A stretch of 64,000 nucleotides of DNA from Planctomycetota bacterium (GTDB lineage: Bacteria; Planctomycetota; UBA1135; UBA2386): contig JBKAGP010000001.1 in assembly GCA_046290465.1 (NCBI GenBank), positions 2,368,001-2,432,000 of the forward strand, written 5' to 3'. Every line of letters starts with the position of its first letter. Within the stretch, counting starts at the first letter, position 1. Positions 28,541-38,552 of the stretch are shown here, one piece after another. The notes under the pieces are model-generated. The model did no database searches. It was not told the DNA's origin and saw nothing but the letters and a program-made list of their open reading frames with translations. The translations under genes were made by a program, and so were the position numbers.

Positions 28541-30613
28541 ATGCGCGCGCTGCTGTCGGCATTCTTCGTCTCGGCCAATCTTGCCGCCCAGGCCCCGGTG
28601 GCGGTCCCCGACGACGCGACGGCCGACCAGGTGGTCGCGCTCGCGGGCGAGGTCCGGCCGAGCCCGCGGCAGCTCGCCTGGCAGGCGACCGGCTTCAACG
28701 CGTTCGTGCACTTCGGCATGAACACGTTCACCGACCGCGAATGGGGCGATGGCACCGAGTCGCCAACGACCTTCGCGCCGACCGGGTTCGACGCCGGCCA
28801 GTGGGCCCGCACGTTCCGCGATGCCGGCATGCGCGGCCTGGTGCTGACCTGCAAGCACCACGACGGCTTCTGCCTGTGGCCGTCGGCGACGACCGGACAC
28901 GACGTCACCAGCTCGCCGTTCCGCGGCGGCGCGGGCGACGTCGTCGGCGAGGTCGCCGCGGCCTGCCGCGAGCACGGTCTGCGGTTCGGTGTCTACCTGT
29001 CGCCGTGGGACCGCAACCAGAAGACGTTCGGGACCAAGGCCTACCAGAAGGTGTTCCTGCAGCAGTTGCGCGAGCTCTGCACCGGCTACGGCGAGCTGTT
29101 CGAGGTCTGGTTCGACGGCGCGCACTGCCCGCCGGACGACCCCGAGGTGTTCGACTGGCAGGCGGTGTTCGAGCTGGTGCGCGAGCTGCAGCCGAACGCC
29201 GTGATCGCGATCACCGGGCCGGACGTGCGCTGGGTCGGCAACGAGGCCGGCGTGACGCGCGGCGACGAGTGGAGCGTGCTGCCGCTGCCGGAGGCCGCGC
29301 CGGGGCCGTTCGCGAGCGACCGGCAGAGCTGGCGTTCGCTGTGGGCGCTGCGCGCGCGCAACCAGGCGCAGGATCTCGGCAGCCGCGACCGGCTGCGAAC
29401 GGCGCGGGCGCTGTGCTGGTGGCCGGCGGAGACCGACGTGTCGATCCGGCCGGGCTGGTTCTACCACGCGCACGAGGACGCTGAGGTCAAGCCGTTCACG
29501 ACGCTGCTCGACTACTGGTTCACCGCGGTCGGCGGCAACGCGGTGCTGCTGCTCAACGTGCCGGCCGATCGGCGCGGGCGGATCGCCGACGCCGACGCGC
29601 GGGTGCTGCGCGACGTCGGTCGCTACTTGCAGGCGACGTTCGACGACGACCTGACGCGAGCCGGCGACGTGCGCAACGGAGAGGTGCACTTCGACGAGCC
29701 GGTCACCGTCGACCTGTTCGACCTGCGCGAGGACGTCGGCAACCGCGGCCAGCGCATCGAGGAGTTCTCGATCGACGTGCTCGACGGTTCGCACTGGCGC
29801 GAGTGGACACGCGGCACGACGGTCGGCTTTCGTCGCCTGTTGCGCACCGATGCGATCACCTCCAAGGCGTTCCGGTTCCGCGTCGAGCGCAGCCGCGGCG
29901 ACGCCGCGATCGCGTCGTTCGGCCTCTACCGCCGGCCGCCGCTGCTGCGTGCGCCGACGATGCGCCGCCTCGCCAACGGCGACGTGCTGCTCGATGCCGG
30001 TGGCCTGCCGGTGCGCTACACGACCGACGGCACAGCCGTGACCGCGCAGTCCCCGCGCTACCGGGAACCGTTCGCTCTGCCCGCCGGCGGCACGGTGCGC
30101 GCCCGGGCGTTTGCACCCGCGGCCAACCGCGACGTGGTGCTCGGCACCGCCAGCGAGACCAGCCGGACGTTCGGCCTGGCGCGGCTCGGCTGGGGCGTGC
30201 TCGACTGTTCGAGCGAGCAGGCCGACAAGGGCGAAGGCGCGGCCAACGCGATCGACGGCGACCCCGACACGATCTGGCACACGCGCTACGCGCCCGACAC
30301 GCCCGAACACCCCCACCACCTGACGATCGACCTCGGCGCCGCGCACGACCTGACCGGCTTCGTCTACGTGCCGCGCAAGGGCGGCGGCAACGGCACGATT
30401 GCGGCCTACGAGTTCTTCGGCAGCGCCGACGGCGTCACCTTCACCTCGCTGGCCGAGGGCACGTTCGGCAACATCGCCAACAACCCGACCGCGCGCACCG
30501 TGCAGCTGCCGAAGCGGGCCGAGGGCACGCGCTACGTCCGCCTCGTCGCGCGCCGCGAGGCCGACGGCAAGCCGTGGGCATCCGTCGCAGAGTTGTCTGT
30601 GCTGGTGCGATGA
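28541..30613 (+). CDS. Secreted alpha-L-fucosidase (GH29) with Fn3-associated and F5/8 type C (CBM32-like) domains
   Basis: FVHFGMNTFTD.EWGDG, KHHDGFCLWPS, YLSPWDRN, EVWFDGA, RWVGNE.G, E.DVSIRPGWFYH; RYTTDG; AIDGD..TIWHT. Confidence 0.93.
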   Translation: MRALLSAFFVSANLAAQAPVAVPDDATADQVVALAGEVRPSPRQLAWQATGFNAFVHFGMNTFTDREWGDGTESPTTFAPTGFDAGQWARTFRDAGMRGLVLTCKHHDGFCLWPSATTGHDVTSSPFRGGAGDVVGEVAAACREHGLRFGVYLSPWDRNQKTFGTKAYQKVFLQQLRELCTGYGELFEVWFDGAHCPPDDPEVFDWQAVFELVRELQPNAVIAITGPDVRWVGNEAGVTRGDEWSVLPLPEAAPGPFASDRQSWRSLWALRARNQAQDLGSRDRLRTARALCWWPAETDVSIRPGWFYHAHEDAEVKPFTTLLDYWFTAVGGNAVLLLNVPADRRGRIADADARVLRDVGRYLQATFDDDLTRAGDVRNGEVHFDEPVTVDLFDLREDVGNRGQRIEEFSIDVLDGSHWREWTRGTTVGFRRLLRTDAITSKAFRFRVERSRGDAAIASFGLYRRPPLLRAPTMRRLANGDVLLDAGGLPVRYTTDGTAVTAQSPRYREPFALPAGGTVRARAFAPAANRDVVLGTASETSRTFGLARLGWGVLDCSSEQADKGEGAANAIDGDPDTIWHTRYAPDTPEHPHHLTIDLGAAHDLTGFVYVPRKGGGNGTIAAYEFFGSADGVTFTSLAEGTFGNIANNPTARTVQLPKRAEGTRYVRLVARREADGKPWASVAELSVLVR

Positions 30614-30641
30614 CGGCGGCGGTTGCTATGGTCGCGGTACG

Positions 30642-31886
<1,245 letters not shown>

Positions 31887-31899
31887 CCCACCGCGCCGC

Positions 31900-31976
31900 A
31901 ACCACCGCATACCGAACCGGGTTCATCCTGCGCCGCGAAGCGGCGCAGGATGAACCCGGTTCGGTATGCGGTGGTT
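31900..31976. repeat. Perfect 37-bp inverted repeat (REPIN-like doublet, family A); probable bidirectional terminator
   Basis: aaccaccgcataccgaaccgggttcatcctgcgccgc-gaa-exact reverse complement; between convergent genes. Confidence 0.95.
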
Positions 31977-33997
31977 CACGCGCGGTGGATCAGGCGCCGG
32001 CGCTGCCAGGCGATGAACAGCCCGCCGGCGCAGATGGTGACCGCGAACGCTGCGGTGACCTCGACCTTCTTCTGCTCGGGCTGGCCGCTGCCGCCGGCGA
32101 TCGTTGCCGCGACGACCATCGCACCGAGCAGCACCGGCAGCAGCCACGCGGTCAGCACGGCGAGGCCGGCATCGGCGTTGGAGCCGCTGTTGCGCACCCG
32201 CCGCACGGCAACGAAGCCGCAGATCGCGAACGTCGCGGCCGTCGGCCCACCGATCGTCATGATGTGCTGCACGCTGCCCGACATCGCATAGAACGCGTAG
32301 CTGCACGCCACCACCAGCACCAGCAGCCCCCAGGCGAACAGCAGCGGCCCGCGGGCGCTCGGCGCCGCGACGGCGGCGGCGACGGTCGCAACGGGGCCGT
32401 CGTCGACGATGCGGGCGGCCATCCGATGGTAGTTCCAGACCATGAACACGATGCCCAGCACGGCCATCGCCACCGCGACGATGGTCGCGACGATCACCGC
32501 GGTGTCGTTGTCGCGGATGTTCTCGGACAACACCACGGCCGGGATCGTCGCCGCGAGCGCGACCGGGCCGATCCACGCGGTGAACACGGTCAGGCCGAGG
32601 CCCCCGGGCCCGCGCCGCCGCGCGACGATCGACGACAGCCCGACGAAGCCGAGCACGGTGAACAGCAGGGACGCGACGCCCAGCCCGGCTGCGAAGATCC
32701 ACGACATCGCGATCGACGGGTTGTGGCCCGGCTCCGCCAGGATCATCGGCGGCTCCTCGAAGAAGCCGGTGCGCTGCTCCTCTGCCGCCTGGCGACGCGC
32801 CTGCCACGCCGGCTGCAACACCTCGCGGTAGTGCTGCTCGACCAGCGCCTGCGAATGCATCGGGTCGTAGGGGACGTCATTCTGCGCCGCCCACGCCTCG
32901 GCTTCGGCCAACCGGCGCTCGTACGCCCCCTCGGTCGCGTGGTAGAGGGTGTTCTTCGCATACATCGACTGCGCCGTGTAGGCGCTCGCAACGAACACCA
33001 GGATCAGCATCACCCACGCCATCCGCGTCGCCGTCGGCGCGCCGACCTCGCCGTGCCGAACGTCCGGCGAGGCGGTCGCCGCCGGCCGCGGCGCCTCGGC
33101 GTGCTGCCGCCGCAGTTCGTCGCCGACCTCACTGGCGCGCTGGTAGCGCTGCTCCGGCCGCTGCGCGAGGCTGCGCTGCACGACCTGATCGAGCCCCTTC
33201 GGCACGCCCTGCCGCGCCGACGGCGGGTCGAAGTGTCCGAGCGGCAACTGGCCGGTCAGCATCTCGTAGAGCACGACGCCGACGGAGTAGATGTCGGCGC
33301 GGTGGTCGACGTTCGCGCCCGAACGCCACTGCTCCGGCGCCATGTAGTGCGGCGTGCCCAGCACCTGCGTGCTGCGCGTCAGCGCGACCGCCGGCCCCTG
33401 CTCGCCGACGATCCGCGCCAGGCCGAAGTCGGCGATCTTCAGTTCGCCGTTGCCGTCGACCAGCAGGTTCTCGGGCTTGATGTCGCGGTGCACGACGCCG
33501 TGGTCGTGCGCGTACTGCAGCGCCTCGCAGACCTGCGGCGTCAACCGCAGCGCCTCCTGCGGGCTCAGCTCCCCCATGTCCATCAGCTGCCGCAGGTTCA
33601 TGCCCTCGACGAACTCGGTGACGAGGTAGAAGAACCCGTCGCGTTCGCCGAAGTCGTGCACGGTCAGGATGCGCGGGTGCTCGAGCGTCGCCAGCGCACG
33701 GGCCTCGCGCAGGAAGCGCTCTTCGAACGCCGGATCGGCAGCCAGCTCCGGCGGCAGCACCTTCAGCGCGACCGTGCGGGCGAGCTTGCGCTGCACGGCC
33801 CGGTAGACGGCGCCCATGCCGCCGCGGCCGATCAGCTCGACGATCTCCAGTTCGGGGAAGCGCTGGTCGAGCTCGGTCAGCGGCGGCGGCTGCCAACCCG
33901 CCGCGGCGGCCGACTCGTCACCGCCGGCGATCGCCTGCTGCAACAGCTTCTTGGGGTCCAGCGGGCCCTGGCCCGCACTGCGCTCGAACTCGTTCAT
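31976..33997 (-). CDS. Hanks-type Ser/Thr protein kinase with C-terminal multi-TM sensor region
   Basis: IGRGGMGAVY, VALKVL, HRDIKPEN, ADFGLA, GTPHYMAPEQ, DIYSVG; about 9 TM helices. Confidence 0.95.
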   Translation of the reverse strand: MNEFERSAGQGPLDPKKLLQQAIAGGDESAAAAGWQPPPLTELDQRFPELEIVELIGRGGMGAVYRAVQRKLARTVALKVLPPELAADPAFEERFLREARALATLEHPRILTVHDFGERDGFFYLVTEFVEGMNLRQLMDMGELSPQEALRLTPQVCEALQYAHDHGVVHRDIKPENLLVDGNGELKIADFGLARIVGEQGPAVALTRSTQVLGTPHYMAPEQWRSGANVDHRADIYSVGVVLYEMLTGQLPLGHFDPPSARQGVPKGLDQVVQRSLAQRPEQRYQRASEVGDELRRQHAEAPRPAATASPDVRHGEVGAPTATRMAWVMLILVFVASAYTAQSMYAKNTLYHATEGAYERRLAEAEAWAAQNDVPYDPMHSQALVEQHYREVLQPAWQARRQAAEEQRTGFFEEPPMILAEPGHNPSIAMSWIFAAGLGVASLLFTVLGFVGLSSIVARRRGPGGLGLTVFTAWIGPVALAATIPAVVLSENIRDNDTAVIVATIVAVAMAVLGIVFMVWNYHRMAARIVDDGPVATVAAAVAAPSARGPLLFAWGLLVLVVACSYAFYAMSGSVQHIMTIGGPTAATFAICGFVAVRRVRNSGSNADAGLAVLTAWLLPVLLGAMVVAATIAGGSGQPEQKKVEVTAAFAVTICAGGLFIAWQRRRLIHRA

Positions 33998-34059
33998 GCC
34001 CGTTCCCGAACAAAACGGCGCCGCGGGTTACCGAACGGATCGAGAAAATGCATGCCGGC

Positions 34060-34797
34060 TCAGCCGAGGGCCGCGAACAGCTCGCGCAACTCCGCCTCGG
34101 CGTCGGCTGGATCCTCCACGGTCGCCCCGAGCTGGCTCAAGAGCGCAGCCCGGAATCGCTGCCGCAGCCGGTGCGCCGCCACCTTGATGGCCGCCTCGCT
34201 GGCGCCGAGCTCGGCCGCGACCGCGGCGTAGCCGCCCGGCAGCGGCTGGCCGTCGAGCACCAGCCGCAGCCGCTCGAACTGCGCGCCCCGCCCCTTGGCC
34301 CGTTCGTGCTCGCCGACTTCACGCAGGGCCCGCGCGACCGATTCCTGCACCCAGGCACGCAAGTAGGCCTGCTCGGGGGTCTCGTCGCACGATGGCTCGA
34401 GCGCGTGCAGGCCCGCACCTTCGTCGCCGTCGTCGACCTGCACCCGGATCGGCACGTGCGCGACGTCGCCGCCGCGCTTCTGGGCCCGTTCGCGGTCGCG
34501 CTGGTTGCTGCGATAGTGCCGCGCGCACGCCAGCAGGTAGCTGCGGAACCGACCCTTGCCCGGATCGCCACCGGCGACGTCGCCGCGCTCGAGCAGTTCG
34601 GCGAACAGTCCCTGCGTCAGGTCGCGGGCCGCCGCCTCGGCCATGCCGTCGCGCCGGAAGAACGCGTAGACGGGCGCCCAGTAGCTGGCGCACAGCTCTG
34701 CGAGCGCCTGCCGGCCCTGCTCGTCGCCGGCGCGGGCGCGCTGCACCAGGCTCCAACGGGTCGGCTCGAAGCGCGCGCGCGTGGTCCGCCCGTCCAT
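34060..34797 (-). CDS. ECF sigma factor (Ser/Thr-kinase-associated type)
   Basis: F.PT.WSLV, AL.ELC..YW.PVY.F.RR.G, DLTQ..F..LL, GRFRSYL, region 4 YA.VA.ELG.SE.AIKV..HRLRQR. Confidence 0.9.
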   Translation of the reverse strand: MDGRTTRARFEPTRWSLVQRARAGDEQGRQALAELCASYWAPVYAFFRRDGMAEAAARDLTQGLFAELLERGDVAGGDPGKGRFRSYLLACARHYRSNQRDRERAQKRGGDVAHVPIRVQVDDGDEGAGLHALEPSCDETPEQAYLRAWVQESVARALREVGEHERAKGRGAQFERLRLVLDGQPLPGGYAAVAAELGASEAAIKVAAHRLRQRFRAALLSQLGATVEDPADAEAELRELFAALG

Positions 34798-34806
34798 CGG
34801 CTGCCC

Positions 34807-35727
34807 CTAGCGGTCTTCCGCCTCGTCGACCGTCGGCGCCGCCTCGACGCGCTCCTCGATGCGCGGCTCGGTCGCGAACTTCTCGCCGCCGTGCGTGTCG
34901 ACCCAGACCTCCTCGACCTTCGAGCAGTTGCCGTCCTGCCACGTCATGCGCACGAAGTGCGACAGCTCGACGCCGTTCTCGTCGCGTTCGACGCGCGGCA
35001 CGACCGCGCAGTTGACGAACAGCGTGTCGCCGCGCCGCACGAACCGCTTGCGCTCGGCGCCGCGCGGATGCAGCAGGCGGTGGTGCATGTGGCCGGCGAC
35101 GACCGCGCGCACGCGCAGGCCGAAGCCCTCGATCCGCTGCAGCGCCAGCGCCAGGTCGTAGTCGCCCCAGTCCCCGCCCGGCTTGCCGAAGTCCTTGCCG
35201 TAGATGTCGGACGGGTCGCTGCCGAGGCCGAGCGGACCGTTGTGCGCGAGGATCACCAGGTCGCGGTGCTGCGCATTGCGCGCCGCGTCGACGATCGCGG
35301 CCGCCGACTGCCGCATCGTGCGCACACCGTAGATCTCGTCGTAGAGCTCCGGGCTGCGCAGGCTCTGGCCGCCCCACGAGAACGGCCGGGCGCCGATCAC
35401 CGAGATGCCGGCTGCCGGAACTTCCCGCACGGCGTACGCGACGTGGTCGGCGCCGAGCACATCGAGGCTCTGGTGCAGGTCGTCGGTCGGCTCCTTGTTG
35501 GTGAAGCTGCGCCAGGCGTCGTGGTTGCCGAGCAGCACCGCCTTGGGCACGGCGATGTCCGCAATGCGCTGCACCATGGCGACGTCCTCGTCGCCGAGGT
35601 CGCCGACGAACATCGCCAGATCTGGCTGTGAACGCTCGAGATACACCGAATCGACCTCACGCCAGCAACGATGGATGTCGCCGATGGCGACCAGCGTGGC
35701 CGGGGCGGATGTCGGGCGGGTAGTCAA
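34807..35727 (-). CDS. Calcineurin-like metallophosphoesterase (TIGR04168/DevT-like)
   Basis: IGDIH, FVGD.G.E, LGNHDAW, ARPFSWGG, LAHNGP.GLG, GGDWGD.DL, GHMH; TACCCT -10 8 nt before TTG start. Confidence 0.85.
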   Translation of the reverse strand: MTTRPTSAPATLVAIGDIHRCWREVDSVYLERSQPDLAMFVGDLGDEDVAMVQRIADIAVPKAVLLGNHDAWRSFTNKEPTDDLHQSLDVLGADHVAYAVREVPAAGISVIGARPFSWGGQSLRSPELYDEIYGVRTMRQSAAAIVDAARNAQHRDLVILAHNGPLGLGSDPSDIYGKDFGKPGGDWGDYDLALALQRIEGFGLRVRAVVAGHMHHRLLHPRGAERKRFVRRGDTLFVNCAVVPRVERDENGVELSHFVRMTWQDGNCSKVEEVWVDTHGGEKFATEPRIEERVEAAPTVDEAEDR

Positions 35728-35881
35728 GGCGAAGGAGGGTAGCGGGGCTCGTGGTCCAAGTAGCAGGACAAACCGAGCGAAATGGCCTCACCGCATCCGA
35801 TGCGGTCAGAAAACCGTCCGGCAGTCGTGGTTAGCACGTATTGCCGCCGTCGCCGACGCCCCTAGCGTGGCATACCGATCC

Positions 35882-36256
35882 ATGAGGGACCCCATTGCGA
35901 GCGACCAACCAAAGCGCCTGCTGGTCGTCGACGACGACCAGCTCGTTCTGCGCATGATGGAACGGGCGTTGCGCGACGACGGCCTCCACGTGACCGCGGT
36001 GCATTGCCCGGAGGCGGCGCTCGACGTGCTGCGCGACGCGCGCCGCCACATCGACGTCCTGCTGACCGACATCGTCATGCCGAAGCTCGACGGCGTCGAA
36101 CTCGCCACGGTCGCCCGCCAGCACCGGCCGCAACTCGAGGTCCTGTTCACCTCGGGCTACATCGAACCGTCGCACCAGCACGGCATGCCGCCCGACGCGC
36201 GCCTGCTCTGCAAACCCTTCACCCCCGACGAACTGCTCGCCTTCGTCCGCCACTGA
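35882..36256 (+). CDS. Single-domain response regulator (REC)
   Basis: LVVDDD, LLTDIVMP..DG, FTSGY, KPF. Confidence 0.9.
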   Translation: MRDPIASDQPKRLLVVDDDQLVLRMMERALRDDGLHVTAVHCPEAALDVLRDARRHIDVLLTDIVMPKLDGVELATVARQHRPQLEVLFTSGYIEPSHQHGMPPDARLLCKPFTPDELLAFVRH

Positions 36257-36346
36257 GTTGCCGTACGGTACCTGGTTCATCCTCCAACTTCCGCGAGCGC
36301 TCGCGCTCGCGGAAGTTGGAGGATGAACCAGGTACCGTACGGCAAC
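36257..36346. repeat. Perfect 44-bp inverted repeat with 2-nt loop (REPIN-like, related to family A)
   Basis: gttgccgtacggtacctggttcatcctccaacttccgcgagcgc-tc-exact reverse complement; shares c.tac.g.acc.ggttcatcct with the 31900 element. Confidence 0.95.
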
Positions 36347-36355
36347 ATTGGTGGG

Positions 36356-37687
36356 GTGAATGCCTTGCTTTCGTGTCTGTCGGCGGCCGTCCTTGCGACG
36401 GTGGGTGCCGGGCAGTCTCCCGCCGAACGGATCGACCGGTACCTGGACCGCAAGGCCGAGGGCACGCGCGCCGAGACCGAAGGACTGCTCGCGGCGCTCG
36501 GCCGTGACGGGCACGCGGGGCCGGCGGCGATCGAGGCCCTGCTGCGCGCGCCGCGCAGCAGCTATCCCGACGCGTCGGCGCTGCTCGGCAAGACCACCGT
36601 GCACGACGTGAGCTGCTACCACGTCGACCACACCGCGAAGTACCGGCTGTTCGTGCCGAAGGACTACCGCGACGACCGCCCGACGCCGCTGGTCTTGGTC
36701 GCACACGGCGGCAACTCGTCGATGTCGGCGGCGCGCGCAGCCCGCACCGCCCAGAGCTACCTGCGGGCCTACGCGCCGACGCTGTCGCGCGAGCTCGGCG
36801 CGATCGTCGTCGCGCCGGACACCACCCGCGGCTGGGGCCAGATCGGCAACTCGCTGGCGCTGTCGACGATCTCCGACCTCAAGCGTCGACTGAACATCGA
36901 CCCCGACCGCGTCTACGTCACCGGGCAGTCGATGGGCGGCCACATGGCGTTCCGCGCTGCGCTCGCGATCGGCGACCGGTTCGCCGCGGTGTCGCCGCAG
37001 AGCGGCGGCTACGACTTCGTCGCGAAGGGCTCGATCGGCAACCTGAGCAACGTGCCCGGCTACGTGACGTGGGGCAAGCGCGAGCCGTACGGCATCGACA
37101 AGGACAGCCGCACCAACGCCGCGTGGGCGAAGCAACACGGCCTCGACTGGGTGTTCGTCGAGAAGCCGGGCGGCCACGAGATCTACGGCGACGAACTGCC
37201 GAAGGTCGCGGCGTTCTTCGCCGCCCGGCCGCGCAACCTCTACCGCGAACGCATCTACGCGCGGCTCGGCGGTGCGATGAAGTTCGTCAAGCCATGGGCG
37301 ATCAAGGGTTGGCCGCAGCACACCGTGCACCACGAGACGCGGCCGCTGCGTTGGAACCAGCAGCACTGGCTGGAGCTGACGCCGCGCCCCGACCACGAGG
37401 GACCGCTGCTGGTCCTGGCCGCCAACGTCGGCGACAACCGCTTCGAGATCACCAGCGAGAACGTGCGCGAACTGCACGTGCACCTGCACCCACGCATGGT
37501 CGACTTCGACGAGCCGGTGACGATCGCCGTCAACGGTGAGGTCCGGTTCGAAGGCCGCGTCGAACCCGACCCGGTGCACCTGCTCGAGCACGCGCGCGCG
37601 TTCGACGACCGTGGCAAGGCGTTCTGGGCACGCGTGCGGGTGACGGTCGAGACCGACGGCGAGGTGGCGTTCCCGGAGCGCTGGTAG
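36356..37687 (+). CDS. Secreted alpha/beta hydrolase (esterase/PHB-depolymerase-like)
   Basis: Y.LFVP..Y....P.PLV...HGG, IDPDRVYVTGQSMGG nucleophile elbow, GGHE; signal peptide ..ATVGAGQ; GTG 36356 chosen because 36323 lies inside the palindrome. Confidence 0.82.
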   Translation: MNALLSCLSAAVLATVGAGQSPAERIDRYLDRKAEGTRAETEGLLAALGRDGHAGPAAIEALLRAPRSSYPDASALLGKTTVHDVSCYHVDHTAKYRLFVPKDYRDDRPTPLVLVAHGGNSSMSAARAARTAQSYLRAYAPTLSRELGAIVVAPDTTRGWGQIGNSLALSTISDLKRRLNIDPDRVYVTGQSMGGHMAFRAALAIGDRFAAVSPQSGGYDFVAKGSIGNLSNVPGYVTWGKREPYGIDKDSRTNAAWAKQHGLDWVFVEKPGGHEIYGDELPKVAAFFAARPRNLYRERIYARLGGAMKFVKPWAIKGWPQHTVHHETRPLRWNQQHWLELTPRPDHEGPLLVLAANVGDNRFEITSENVRELHVHLHPRMVDFDEPVTIAVNGEVRFEGRVEPDPVHLLEHARAFDDRGKAFWARVRVTVETDGEVAFPERW

Positions 37688-37751
37688 TCGGCGCCGCAGC
37701 ATCGCTCCGCAGGATTTCGATCCAGCCCGGAGCTTCCCGGGCCGATGCCCG

Positions 37752-37780
37752 TTGACGGTGGCGTGCCGGCGAGGTATGCC
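37752..37780 (+). promoter_or_regulatory. Possible sigma70 promoter upstream of the efflux cluster
   Basis: TTGACG-17 nt-TATGCC. Confidence 0.3.
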
Positions 37781-37794
37781 CAAGCAGACCGAAG

Positions 37795-38349
37795 ATGCAG
37801 CCCTCCTCACGCGAACCCGAGACCGAACGCGCCCACCCGCAGCGGCCCGCGTCGGCCGCGGCCGCCTGGCTGGACCGGATCGCGCTGCAGGTCGGATGCC
37901 TGCTGGTTGGATTGCTGCTGATCGGGATCCTCTCGGCCGCAGCTCCTTTGGTCGAAGGGCCAGAGGCCAACCCAGGAGGCTCCGGCGCCAACACGGCGGC
38001 GGCATCGATCGCGTTCGCCGAGGTCGAAGCCGCCGATGGCTGTGACCGGCAACTGCCGATCGATCGATCGGACGCCCCGGTCGAGCAACGACGCCTGCCG
38101 GGCAGCGGCCACGGCGACGCCGATGCGTCGAGCGCCGAAGAGCCCGAGGAGGAAGAAGAGGAGGAGGAGGAGGCCCAGACCTGCTCTGGTGACCAGCTGC
38201 GCTGGTCCTGCGGCGAGTGCGCCGCCACCTGGGCGCGGCGCCGCGACGGCCCGTTGCTGGTCGCGACCTGCCGCCCCGCAGCGCCCCCGCGCGCGCCGCC
38301 AGCCTCGCGGTCCGATGACTGCTCGAGGCCGTTCTGGATCGCCGCCTGA
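37795..38349 (+). CDS. Hypothetical membrane protein with poly-Glu tract
   Basis: One TM (VGCLLVGLLLIGILSAAA), EEPEEEEEEEEE, C-terminal PRAPP; immediately upstream of the efflux operon. Confidence 0.5.
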   Translation: MQPSSREPETERAHPQRPASAAAAWLDRIALQVGCLLVGLLLIGILSAAAPLVEGPEANPGGSGANTAAASIAFAEVEAADGCDRQLPIDRSDAPVEQRRLPGSGHGDADASSAEEPEEEEEEEEEAQTCSGDQLRWSCGECAATWARRRDGPLLVATCRPAAPPRAPPASRSDDCSRPFWIAA

Positions 38350-38552
38350 GGCGTTCGTGATCCAGCGTAGCTGACCGCAGGGCAGCTGACCGACGCCGCG
38401 CCCGAGGGTGCGCGTGGCCAGACGCCTTCGGCGACCTCGAGACGTCGTTCCCCCTCCGTCCCGGCTCGCGGTCCGTCATCGCGATCCGGACCCGGCCCCT
38501 CGACCGCATTCCCGGTGGGGGTCGGCTGACCTCACGGGAAGTCTCCGATCGC

